From Octopus sinensis (Eukaryota): a stretch of 55,679 nucleotides of DNA. This document shows, piece by piece, positions 26,601-39,636 of this stretch. How positions within the stretch are numbered: position 1 is the stretch's first letter; every line of letters begins with the position of its first letter. The notes below the pieces were generated by a model. It had not been told where the DNA came from, did not search any database, and saw nothing but the letters and a program-made list of their open reading frames with translations. The translations under genes were made by a program, and so were the position numbers. The DNA is taken from positions 1-55,679 of the forward strand of contig NW_021834824.1 in NCBI RefSeq assembly GCF_006345805.1. The letters are read 5' to 3'.

Positions 26601-29600
26601 GGTTTCTCGGAGCACTAGGCCACTTGGTGTAGAATAGATATACTATTAAATTAGTATCTAATTCTCTCACCCTTATTAATTAATTATAATTATGCTGCAT
26701 TTATTTCTAAATGCTGTATTTGTTTTCCGTGAAAATTTGGCGCGCTGTTAGTTGGGGCATTTGAATTATAACGTCGGATGTAATCAATTGAACCACACGC
26801 GTATTTATCGTTATGGTAAAATCTGGCGTGTGATTGAGTGGATTTCATCCAGATAGTTTTGGCTGAGGAGCTACAAGTGGATTTTTTTGTAAGTAAAATT
26901 ACATTTAATTCATTAATAGCGAAACAATTGGCCCAAATAATCTGTATTTTTGTTATTTTTTATTTGCCCTGTCCGTGTGAGCTAACATCGTACTGACTTT
27001 CATGGGAAACATGTATTTTTGTGGTTGAAACCTTTTGGATTAACTGGTGCTAGAGTGAGCCATATAGTGACCACTCTCTTATATTTATTTTGTAAAAATA
27101 TTATAATATATTATAAAATATTATAATAATCCAGGTTTCTCGGAGCACTAGGCCACTTGGTGTAGAATAGATATACTATTAAGTTAGTATCTAATTCTCT
27201 CACCCTTATTAATTAATTATAATTATGCTGCATTTATTTCTAAATGCTGTATTTGTTTTCCGTGAAAATTTGGCGCGCTGTTAGTTGGGGCATTTGAATT
27301 ATAACGTCGGATGTAATCAATTGAACCACACGCGTATTTATCGTTATGGTAAAATCTGGCGTGTGATTGAGTGGATTTCATCCAGATAGTTTTGGCTGAG
27401 GAGCTACAAGTGGATTTTTTTGTAAGTAAAATTACATTTAATTCATTAATAGCGAAACAATTGTCCCAAAATAATCTGTATTTTTGTTATTTTTTATTTG
27501 CCCTGTCCGTGTGAGCTAACAATCGTACTGACTTTCATGGGAACATGTATTTTTGTGGTTGAAACCTTTTGGATTAACTGGTGCTAGAGTGAGCCATATA
27601 GTGACCACTCTCTTATATTTATTTTGTAAAAATATTATAATATATTATAAAATATTATAATAATCCAGGTTTCTCGGAGCACTAGGCCACTTGGTGTAGA
27701 ATAGATATACTATTAAATTAGTATCTAATTCTCTCACCCTTATTAATTAATTATAATTATGCTGCATTTTTTCTAAATGCTGTATTTGTTTTCCGTGAAA
27801 ATTTGGCGCGCTGTTAGTTGGGGCATTTGAATTATAACGTCGGATGTAATCAATTGAACCACACGCGTATTTATCGTTATGGTAAAATCTGGCGTGTGAT
27901 TGAGTGGATTTCATCCAGATAGTTTTGGCTGAGGAGCTACAAGTGGATTTTTTTGTAAGTAAAATTACATTTAATTCATTATTAATAGCGAAACAATTGT
28001 CCCAAAATAATCTGTATTTTTGTTATTATTTTATTTGCCCTGTCCGTGTGAGCTAACAATCGTACTGACTTTCATGGGAAACATGTATTTTTGTTGGTTG
28101 AAACCTTTTGGATTAACTGTGCTAGAGTGAGCCATATAGTGACCACTCTCTTATATTTATTTTGTAAAAATATTATAATATATTATAAAATATTATAATA
28201 ATCCAGGTTTCTCGGAGCACTAGGCCACTTGGTGTAGAATAGATATACTATTAAATTAGTATCTAATTCTCTCACACCCTTATTAATTAATTATAATTAT
28301 GCTGCATTTATTTCTAAATGCTGTATTTGTTTTCCGTGAAAATTTGGCGCGCTGTTAGTTGGGGCATTTGAATTATAACGTCGGATGTAATCAATTGAAC
28401 CACACGCGTATTTATCGTTATGGTAAAATCTGGCGTGTGATTGAGTGGATTTCATCCAGATAGTTTTGGCTGAGGAGCTACAAGTGGATTTTTTTGTAAG
28501 TAAAATTACATTTAATTCATTATAGCGAAACAATTGTCCCAAATAATCTGTATTTTTGTTATTTTTTTATTTGCCCTGTCCGTGTGAGCTAACAATCGTA
28601 CTGACTTTCATGGGAAACATGTATTTTTGTGGTTGAAACCTTTTGGATTAACTGGTGCTAGAGTGAGCCATATAGTGACCACTCTCTTATATTTATTTTG
28701 TAAAAATATTATAATATATTATAAAATATTATAATAATCCAGGTTTCTCGGAGCACTAGGCCACTTGGTGTAGAATAGATATACTATTACTTAGTTTGTA
28801 TCTAATTCTCTCACCCTTATTAATTAATTATAATTATGCTGCATTTATTCTAAATGCTGTATTTGTTTTCCGTGAAAATTTGGCGCGCTGTTAGTTGGGG
28901 CATTTGAATTATAACGTCGATGTAATCAATTGAACCACACGCGTATTTATCGTTATGGTAAAATCTGGCGTGTGATTGAGTGGATTTCATCCAGATAGTT
29001 TTGGCTGAGGAGCTACAAGTGGATTTTTTTGTAAGTAAAATTACATTTAATTCATTAATAGCGAAACAATTGTCCCAAAATAATCTGTATTTTTGTTATT
29101 TTTTATTTGCCCTGTCCGTGTGAGCTAACAATCGTACTGACTTTCATGGGAAATTTTTGTGGTTGAAACCTTTTGGATTAACTGGTGCTAGAGTGAGCCA
29201 TATAGTGACCACTCTCTTATATTTATTTTGTAAAAATATTATAATATATTATAAAATATTATAATAATCCATCCAGGTTTCTCGGAGCACTAGGCCACTT
29301 GGTGTAGAATAGATATACTTTAAATTAGTATCTAATTCTCTCACCCTTATTAATTAATTATAATTATGCTGCATTTATTTCTAAATGCTGTATTTTGTTT
29401 TCCGTGAAAATTTGGCGCGCTGTTAGTTGGGCATTTGAATTATAACGTCGGATGTAATCAATTGAACCACACGCGTATTTATCGTTATGGTAAAATCTGG
29501 CGTGTGATTGAGTGGATTTCATCCAGATAGTTTTGCTGAGGAGCTACAAGGGATTTTTTTGTAAGTAAAATTACATTTAATTCATTAATAGCGAAACAAT

Positions 29601-30970
29601 TGTCCCAAATAATCTGTATTTTTGTTATTTTTTATTTGCCCTGTCCGTGTGAGCTAACAATCGTACTGACTTTCATGGAAACATGTATTTTTGTGGTTGA
29701 AACCTTTTGGATTAACTGGTGCTAGAGTGAGCCATATAGTGACCACTCTCTATATTTTATTTTGTAAAAATATTATAATATATTATAAAATATTATAATA
29801 ATCCAGGTTTCTCGGAGCACTAGGCCACTTGGTGTAGAATAGATATACTATTAAGTTAGTATCTAATTCTCTCACCCTTATTAATTAATTAATTTATGCT
29901 GCATTTATTTCTAAATGCTGTATTTGTTTTTTCCGTGAAAATTTGGCGCGCTGTTAGTTGGGGCATTTGAATTATAACGTCGGATGTAATCAATTGAACC
30001 ACACGCGTATTTATCGTTATGGTAAAATCTGGCGTGTGATTGAGTGGATTTCATCCAGATAGTTTTGGCTGAGGAGCTACAAGTGGATTTTTTTGTAAGT
30101 AAAATTACATTTAATTCATTAATAGCGAAACAATTGTCCCAAAATAATCTGTATTTTTGTTATTTTTTTTATTTGCCCTGTCCGTGTGAGCTAACAATCG
30201 TACTGACTTTCATGGGAAACATGTATTTTTGTGGTTGAAACCTTTTGGATTAACTGGTGCTAGAGTGAGCCATATAGTGACCACTCTCTTATATTTATTT
30301 TGTAAAAATATTATAATATATTATAAAATATTATAATAATCCAGTTTCTCGGAGCACTAGGCCACTGGTGTAGAATAGATATACTATTAAATTAGTATCT
30401 AATTCTCTCACCCTTATTAATTAATTATAATTATGCTGCTGCATTTATTTCTAAATGCTGTATTTGTTTTCCGTGAAAATTTGGCGCGCTGTTAGTTGGG
30501 GCATTTGAATTATAACGTCGGATGTAATCAATTGAACCACACGCGTATTTATCGTTATGGTAAAATCTGGCGTGTGATTGAGTGGATTTCATCCAGATAG
30601 TTTTGGCTGAGGAGCTACAAGTGGATTTTTTTGTAAGTAAAATTACATTTAATTCATTAATAGCGAAACAATTGTCCCAAAATAATCTGTATTTTTTGTT
30701 ATTTTTTATTTGCCCTGTCCCTGTCCTGTGAGCTAACAATCGTACTGACTTTCATGGGAAACATGTATTTTTGTGGTTGAAACCTTTTGGATTAACTGGT
30801 GCTAGAGTGAGCCATATAGTGACCACTCTCTTATATTTATTTTGTAAAAATATTATAATATATTATAAAATATTATAATAATCCAGTTTCTCGGAGCACT
30901 AGGCCACTTGGTGTAGAATAGATATACTATAATTAGTATCTAATTCTCTCACCCTTATTAATTAATTATA
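23670..30970 (+). mobile_element. tandem array of ~534-bp hammerhead-containing units (~13.6 copies), retrozyme-like
   Basis: Core C3 at 24192, 24725, 25258, 25793, 26326, 26863, 27396, 27929, 28470, 29005, 29536, 30069 and 30607 (spacing 531-541), plus a 5'-truncated first unit. Ends in (TA)n at ~30967-30990. Confidence 0.9.
25245..25340 (+). ncRNA. type I hammerhead ribozyme (representative intact unit of the array)
   Basis: CAGAU-A-GUUUUGG | CUGAGGA | GCUA..UAGC | GAAA | palindrome ACAAUUGU | C (25327) | CCAAAAU-A-AUCUG. All core nucleotides present, GUC site, 12-bp stem I with one mismatch. Confidence 0.9.
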
Positions 30971-31402
30971 TATATATATATATATATATATTCATAAATA
31001 ATACATACATATTCAAAACTAACTGACGGTGGCCCTAGGACACAATGTGTAATTAGGCATATTATATACTAAATTTCTTTTTAATCTTTATAAGCTTTTC
31101 AAAATTTAACTTATTCAGAATTTGCTCATTATAAAATGAAAATTTGAGCTATTTTGCATTACATTACAAACGCGGGCGCAGTGGGATGTTATAGTAGAGC
31201 GAATTCTACAACATGGAGGTTTCTAGTATACTCTCCTTCTTCTGTGAGCATCAAACTTGAAGTCATGTGAGGATAAGATGACCAAGACAGCAACAAGTTC
31301 ATTAATATTTCATTCGGCTAGAAAAATTTTGACAATTGCGAGACTTATGCCGAAGGATTGCTTTAGTGATATCGATTCACGTGAAAACAAACAGTATATA
31401 TA

Positions 31403-32004
31403 TATTTCTTTATTACCCACAAGGGGCTAAACATAGAGGGGACAAACAAGGACAAACAAACGGATTAAGTCGATTACATCGACCCCAGTGCGAGACTGGT
31501 ACTTTATTTATCGAGCCCGAAAGGATGAAAGGCAAAGTCGACCTCGGCGGAATTTGAACTCAGAATGTAACGACTGACGAAATACCTATTTCTTTACTAC
31601 CCACAAGGGGCTAAACACAGAGAGGACAAACAAGGACAGACAAACGGATTAAGTCGATTATATCGACCCCAGTGCATAACTGGTACTTATTTAATCGACT
31701 CCGAAAGGATGAAAGGCAAAGTCGACCTCGGTGGAATTTGAACTCACAACGTAACGGCAGACGAAATACATATTTCCTTACTACCCACAAGGGGCTAAAC
31801 ACAGAGAGGACAAACAAGGACAGTCAAACGGATTAAGTCGATTATATCGACCCCAGTGCGTAACTGGTACTTATTTAATCGACTCCGAAAGGATGAAAGG
31901 CAAAGTCGACCTCGGCGGAATTTGAACTCAGAACGTAGCGGCAGACGAAATACAGCTAAGCATTTCGCCCGGCGTGCTAACATCTCTGCCAGCTCGCCAC
32001 CTTA
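31403..32004 (-). mobile_element. SINE family B with two extra tandem 184-bp 3' units
   Basis: Tail motif recurs at 31408, 31592 and 31776; only the rightmost unit has the head. Confidence 0.9.
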
Positions 32005-32849
32005 TGTATCCTCGCTGATGACCCTGCTATTGTAATGAAAGGGTTTCCTCAGAAATAAAAAGTAAAATGCCCATCAAACAAGCATTATATTTTGGAAGCT
32101 GCCACTTTATCTGTAAAGAAAAAAAATGCAGCTTCAGTTTCTCTGTGTAACCACTGACATCAAGCAAATGTGCACATAATATATTTTTACAGCTGTACAG
32201 GATGTCAGAGTACAGCTCAAAATTATCAACAGGCTGGATTGCTGTTTAAAAAGCACACGCCTGAATACTATTGTATACATTTGTGTATTTAGTATGCATA
32301 CGCCACATAGCAAAGCGAGTTAAGTATGCCCAGTCGAAAAGTAAGCTCTCTGCAGTAGAGGTAGGCAAAAATCTCGCCGCCGTCTGCTTATACTAGACTA
32401 GATTTTTTCTACTGTAATTACAATGCTCTACAAAAATCTTCACAAATTACCAGTCATATGAGCTTAGTATGAGCTTTGCAATATGAGAGAACTTGCGTAC
32501 AAGGATCATTATTCTCACAGTTGCACTCGCTAACACCTATGATGTTTGATGCCAATGAGTGAAACAGAGTTTTCATCGCTTGGCTGTCAATGTATGGGAT
32601 CTAGACTTAAAGATTAACGATCACACCTCCATCTGCAGTTCGATTTGTCCAGTTTGACAGATTTGTCCAGATCGAATTAATACTAATGATAACATGTACA
32701 TAGAAACATATACAACGGTTAAAAAATACGTACACACGCACCACATACATAAACATAAATATATTTGTAAATATATATATGCACACACATGCACATATAT
32801 ATGTATATATATATATATATATACATGCACACACATATGTAAATACACA

Positions 32850-32891
<42 letters not shown>

Positions 32892-32993
32892 ACTGGAAAA
32901 TGTTCTAACATCGCCAGACGGATGTGAATTCCATGTCTTCTGCAGTAAGATTATATAGCAACGTTCTTAACGGGGTTCTCAGTCTAAATTGTG

Positions 32994-33083
32994 TCAAGGT
33001 ATGATATTATATGCATCTGGTATGTGTGGATATGTATGCATACATATCCACACATACCAGATGCATATAATATCATACCTTGA
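32994..33083. repeat. perfect 90-bp palindrome (45+45, no spacer)
   Basis: TCAAGGTATGATATTATATGCATCTGGTATGTGTGGATATGTATG followed by its exact reverse complement. Confidence 0.95.
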
Positions 33084-33107
33084 TATATATATATAATATT
33101 ATATATG

Positions 33108-33159
<52 letters not shown>

Positions 33160-33161
<2 letters not shown>

Positions 33162-33335
33162 AGTAGAGGACACCACAAATAAACGTAGAACACAACGAGA
33201 AACGAAAACATAAAAACAAACAAGGAAACGGACTTTTTTTAACAACGAAAATACAGAGTACAAGACAAACAATACAAGGAATATTCCCCTTCATCAGCTG
33301 CCCCTGGTTCGACTCAGTGCGTGTTTCGAAGGTAT
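33160..33335 (-). mobile_element. probable PLE-type terminal (pLTR-like) fragment
   Basis: T-rich tail with GAAAC and CTGATGA motifs, bounded by TA repeats; similar fragment at 39760-40075. Confidence 0.4.
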
Positions 33336-33403
33336 ATATATATACATATATATTGTGTCTGATAATATATATACACATACACGCACACATACAGAGAGAG
33401 AGT

Positions 33404-33486
<83 letters not shown>

Positions 33487-34334
33487 ACACACACACACAC
33501 ACATACACACACACCACATATATATATATATATATATAATTGAAAAACTTGGAGTCAACAAGAAGGGGTACGATTTATATTTTAATCACTGCAATGCTTT
33601 CCATGCAACGTAGTTTTCCAGGTGTGCAGGTACTTGATTATGCAACTTTTTCTCAGCATTATGAGATCTAGTTGTGTTTCCTCAGGCGATGTGTAGACAT
33701 TGTCTCCGTGAGTTTAAAATGCTCGGCTTCAAGAACATCCTCTCTGTCTGTCGTGGCCTGAATCTAGTAGTCACTGAGCTTATCAGAGTATGTTGTTGCT
33801 GCAGGGCAGTTAGCAAACTGCTTTCAATGTGTAGATGTAGTGGAATGGTGATTCTGGTACTGTTAAAGTGATTACCATTTTAAAGGGATTGGCCTTTTAT
33901 TTCTTTGTACAGCTGATTTGTTCTTCATGGGTGGTTATACATGTAATTGTCCTTAGCTGATCTTTAAGATTCAATGCTCGGACACATACACACATACACT
34001 CACATATACACATACTTTCATACATACATACATACATACATACATACATACATACATACATACATACATACATACATACATACATACATACATTTCGTGT
34101 GCTGAAACGAAAACAATTGCAGCGTGGAAGGTGTTTATAAGCCATTTAAGAAACACACAAAAGCCGTTCGATTCACTTCAACATTTACGTTTAATTTGTC
34201 AAAATATTTTCGTCGCTAAAATCCGTCGCTAAAATATATATATATATATGACTCAATCGGTCACGAATCACCCTAGGTGCACCTAAGAGGTTCCCTTTCG
34301 GGGTACAAGTCTGGATGGAAAGTTACCTTACTGG

Positions 34335-34643
34335 TGAACGCACAGCCTCTCCATACACTTTCTGCCATTTTGCGTTGGTCTCCGAGCAGGTATCGCCAAG
34401 CTTTTGGAAAAATTTGATGCAGATTCTCTGCTCAACATTCTCTGTCATGGTCAATGAGACCATCACACGCTACACACCTTCTTTCCAAGCACTGCTGTAA
34501 GCAACGGAAGTGAGCTAAAATGTCAAAACTTAGTGCGTATGCACAGAAGAGTTCAAGGTCACCCTGTGCCAAGTGGCTTTCACTCTGCGTGCTCTAGCTT
34601 CGTTGCTATGGCAACAGTCCGGATACACATTGATCAGACCACG
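34335..34643 (-). mobile_element. mariner 5' fragment (same family as 50224-51118)
   Basis: TIR CGTGGTCTGATCAA..TATCCGGAC; peptide MTENVEQRICIKFFQKLGDTCSET..QKVYGE. Confidence 0.8.
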
Positions 34644-34776
34644 CATACACATAAACATATATGTATATATACACACACCTACATATGTACGTGGACTCAC
34701 AGACATACACATATATAAACATTCCTACACACGCACGCATATACATACACGGATGCTCTTGTGTGCACGCACACGC

Positions 34777-34816
<40 letters not shown>

Positions 34817-34847
34817 ATACATATATACATACATACATATATGTTTC

Positions 34848-35064
34848 TTTATTACCCACAAGGGGCTAAACATAGAGGGGGCAAACAAGGACAGACAAAC
34901 GAATGAAGTTGATTACATCGACCCCAGTGCGTAACTGGTACCTAATTTATCGACCCCGAAAGGATGAAAGGCAAAGTCGACCTCGGCGGAATTTGAACTC
35001 AGAACGTTACGGCAGACAAAACACGGCTACGCATTTCGCCCGGCATGCTAACGGTTCTGCCAGC
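34848..35064 (-). mobile_element. SINE family B
   Basis: Full core and tail homologous to the 20157 copy. Confidence 0.85.
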
Positions 35065-35269
35065 TATATATATTTATATACTTACATACTTAAGTATCCA
35101 CGCACGACAGATGCCCAAACGCAAATCTAGAAGTACATATAATACTACTGTTTGTAAAGATGTGTATGCATACAAAAATGAGAACTGTATGTGGGAGAGA
35201 GTCTTGAGAAAAGCAAACACAGAGAGAGAGACTTGAGAGGCAGTGAATCTCTTTTTTTATATTTCAGTG

Positions 35270-37253
35270 TCAGCAAGGTGTGTGTCTGTATGTGTACGTG
35301 TGTGTGTGTGTGTGTGAGTGTGTGTATGTGTGTGTCTGTATGTGTACGTGTGTGTGTGTGTGTGTGGTGTGTGTGTGTATGTACGTGTGCGTGTGTGTGT
35401 GTGTGTATGTACGTGTGTGTGTGTGTGTCTGTATGTACGTGTGTGTGTGTGTATGTCTGTATGTGTACGTGTGTGTGTGTGTGTGTGTGTGTAAGGAGGG
35501 CAAAACGTTCTCTGTGTTTATAAACGAATCAGATAAGAGTGACATTGAGCTTTCATCGAAGCGGTTAGGGACACTGCCAGATACAGCAATCGTAGGTGGA
35601 ATGTTTGGTTGAGTTGGTCTGATTTATAGCCCTTTGACGGAAGCCCTCTTGAAAGCTGGCTGTCCTCCCCGAACGTGGAGGACTGACCCTGTGTTGACAG
35701 AAGAGGTGGGAAAGGGGTTAAGAAGGAAGTTAAGCGGCTGGGATTCTGTAAATGTCTGTGTTAGTTTCATTGCTTGTTGGATGGGTATTTGGGGGAGAAA
35801 TTGATGATGGTGATGATGGTGGTGGTGGTGGTGGTGATGATGATGGGGACTGGTGGTGATGGCGGTGGTGTATTGGGGGTGTTGTATAAGTGTTAGTATG
35901 TATAAAAAGTATGTGAGGTGGAGGATAGGATTTGAATCTGGTAACGTACTTTTGCTGGTAGTAATGATGAAGATTGCGATGGTGGTGGTGGTGCTGGTGG
36001 TGCTGGTGGAGGTGGTGGAGGTGGTGGTGGTGGCGGTGGTGGTGTTGGTGGTGGTGGTGGTAGTGGTGGCAGCGGCGGCGGCGGTTGTAGTTGATGGTGA
36101 TGATGGTAAGGGGCTCGGGAAAATGATGCAGATAGCGTTTGTAGTAGTGGTGGTGATGGTAATGGTAGTGATGGTGGTAGTTAAGATGGCGGTGCATTTG
36201 TGGGGAGGAAGTAATTTAGGATGGCGATGAAGGTTGTGGTGGTGGTGGTGGTGTGGAGGTGGGGTTAGTAGTGATGGTGGGGAGCTGACAGTGATGATGG
36301 TAGAAGTGCTGGTGGCGGCGGCGGTAATGGTAACGGTGATGATGGTATTAGTAAGGATGGTTGTAGGTTTATGGTACTGTTAGTAAGTGTTGTTTAGCCC
36401 CAGGTCAGCTGTACCGGATTAATTCTATGATCAAAGTCATTCAAGTCATTACCATCCGACATTGTCTATCTAACACTACGTATGCAATGTGTTCCTCCGT
36501 TATTTCAAAAAGATGAGGAGGGTATGATTTGAGAGAGATTTTAGTCGATGTTTCTAGCAGAGTCAAGTAGACCTGTAGAGAATATTGCATTGACATAGAC
36601 TTCTGGTACCAATTAAGAGGTAGTTGAGGTGGCAGTATCGTAGAGGTGATGGTGGCGGTAGTAGCAGAAGAGATTGTGGTTATAAGGGTTCAGGTCTACT
36701 GCAATGTAGTGAATTTGATAAACAAAAATTGCGTGGAAACTTATACATACATACATATACACACACATACATGCATACATATATACATGCATACATACAT
36801 ACATACATACATACATACATACACACACATGCATACATGCATACATACATACACACACATACATACATACATACATACATACATACATACATACATACAT
36901 ACATACATACATACATACATACATACACGCACATGCATACATGCATACATACATACATACACACACATACATACATACATACATACATACATACATACAT
37001 ACATACATACGTATACACATATACATACATATACACAGATACATACACACACACATACATACATACACACACCTACATACATGCATACATACATACATAA
37101 ATACATACATATACACAGATACATACACACACACATACATACATGCATACATATACACACATACATACATACATACATACATACATACATACATACATAC
37201 ATACTTACACACACACACACATACATACATACATACATACATACATACATACA

Positions 37254-37286
<33 letters not shown>

Positions 37287-37290
37287 GTAT
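35270..37290. repeat. (TG)n, (GGT/GAT)n and (CATA)n microsatellite blocks
   Basis: Direct reading: ~35270-35490, ~35800-36360, ~36740-37285. Confidence 0.85.
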
Positions 37291-37629
37291 GTTGCTATTG
37301 CTGATCATGATTGTAGTGGGGTGATGATAATGATGCTGACGATCATGATGATGACGACAACGACGATGATTGTGATGATAATAAAGATGGCAAAGGTGAT
37401 GAAAGCTATGTTTTAGTAATTGGAATGGACGGTTGATGGAACGAACCTCTTTACATGTGTTTATAAACAAACCTTAGACGTGATAGATCCTAACCGAATG
37501 GGGACAGTAAACCATTTTAAAGAGGAGGTTAAAACAGTGTATGGCGGACGGATAGATACGAAAGCTGGGAGATATGAATGCTGATAAAGACAGATTTATA
37601 ACACACACACACATATATACATACACACA

Positions 37630-37679
<50 letters not shown>

Positions 37680-38312
37680 CACACACACATACACACACAT
37701 ACATACACATTCACTCACACATACATATATAAAGCAAAACATTCAAATCTGCACATATATGATACATACATTCAAAAATACCCCGTTTATGTTGTTGAAA
37801 TTCAAATGAAGGACTCCTGGATCTAGGTTAGAAACCGGCTCTTTCTCTGTTGGCAAGCAATCTTGAAATATGACTGAATAACTATATGCGTCAAAGGTAC
37901 ACATTCACACACATACGCACTCAGATATACACCGCACTCACACACACACACACTGTGATGAAGGTATGTCTGTGTGGAAAAGAACTTCACTTCCCAACCA
38001 CATGGTACGTATTTTCGGACTCAGCCTCCACTACATGGTCACATATCAGTAAATGTGTTGATGTGTGTGTGTGTGTGTGTATGTGTCTGCGCGCACATGC
38101 GCTCGTGCGTATGTATGTATGTATGAATTTTTTGCATACATGTGTGTATGTACGTTTGTATGCATATAGTTCACAGATGAAATCCAAGATTATAACATAT
38201 TTCTTCCACACCTTTAATTTTCTCTGTCGGTTGTACTCTGTGTAAGTTGGGCGTATTATAAATATCAATTAATATAAATATCATATATTTGTACTTAGAT
38301 ATTCTCTCTCTT

Positions 38313-38365
<53 letters not shown>

Positions 38366-38413
38366 GATAATATATTTATAGATATATATATATAATATAT
38401 ATATATATAATAG

Positions 38414-38445
<32 letters not shown>

Positions 38446-39401
38446 TATAGAGTATATCGTATTCATGCCCAAGTTTTTATTATATTTAATATCTCAAATT
38501 CGTTTATCTGCATAATTGCCTCTACATAGGTATGTATGTACCTGCGTAGAATACACCCGTTTTTAAACAAACTGGAGAGAAAAAATGCTCAGTAACACAG
38601 TAGAGTGTAATACAAATATACGCTGCGTTTCAGAAAAGCTGTTTCCAAATATCCTACCGCAACAGGGAATTCCATCAACTGTCTACTTGAAACCTGTAAT
38701 AAAATGAGGTGTATTCCAATGGAAATTTTCGAGAAAAAATGGCAAAGAAACAATAGCCATTAATATCTCATAGTTAGTGCATATACACTGTTGTTAGGCC
38801 AAGTTACTGCAGAATTTGTCCCGAGATAACATTTCTTATGGACTTCCTGTGTTGAAAACACATTATCAGAATAAGACGAAAATTCGTACGTGACAATGAA
38901 AAGGTCCAAAAAGGCACCTGGTGCTCTTGCTGGTCGCTGCTGGGAGGGATTTCCCACCCCCTCTCTCCCCCTCTCTCTTTTTTACTGATATCTCAGAACG
39001 TGTGCATCAAGTATGATACATTCATGGCTATTTTAATTAAATACTGCCTCAGTTGACTATACTGGATGTGTGTATGTGTGCGTGCATGCGTGCGCGTGTG
39101 TGTATGTGCATCATGCGTGCGTGCGTGTGTGTGGGGTCTATATGTGTGCTTGGCCTAGTGGTTATAGGGTGTTGCACCCACGATCTTGAGATTGTAGTTT
39201 AAATACCTGAACACTTTTCTGAGTGCCTTTCATCTAATTGCAGAAACAGTTGTAAGCTAAGTTCATCATCCTTACTCAGGGACATTTTGAACATGTATAT
39301 ATATTATATATATATATATTATAACTTACTTGGAAATGGATGTGCAGTGTTCAGTTAAATAATGATAATAAATAATATATATATATGTATATATATATAT
39401 A

Positions 39402-39590
39402 TAATTGAAATTTACAGAAAAACAAAATACGAAGACAGGTGTATAAACAACAAACAGGTGTATTAGTTTAACGCTCGGGAAGGTGAGAAAATCTTTTACG
39501 TTTCGAACCTACGCTCTTCAACAGAAAGGAACACGATGAAATAAACAGAGAGAGAATAAAAAATCTTTAGGAACTAACGGTGAATCATAT
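39402..39590 (-). mobile_element. solo PLE-type terminal fragment with a degenerate minimal hammerhead (39492-39528)
   Basis: Minus strand CUUUCUG-UUGAAGA-GCGUAGGUUC-GAAAC-GUA-AAAGA; flanked by (TA)n on both sides. Confidence 0.55.
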
Positions 39591-39597
39591 ATGTATG

Positions 39598-39636
<39 letters not shown>

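Noticed and set aside
24700-30739. Short ORFs in the array units (60-100 aa, both strands)
   Set aside because: No recognisable domain and not maintained between near-identical units.
23670-30970. Array as CRISPR or rDNA
   Set aside because: No unique spacers, no rRNA similarity, eukaryotic context.
33290-33332. Permuted (type II-like) hammerhead motifs GAAAC...CTGA(T/A)GA here, at ~39895-39935 (minus) and at ~47555-47600 (plus)
   Set aside because: Stem I cannot form and stem III is weak, so a ribozyme is not supportable.
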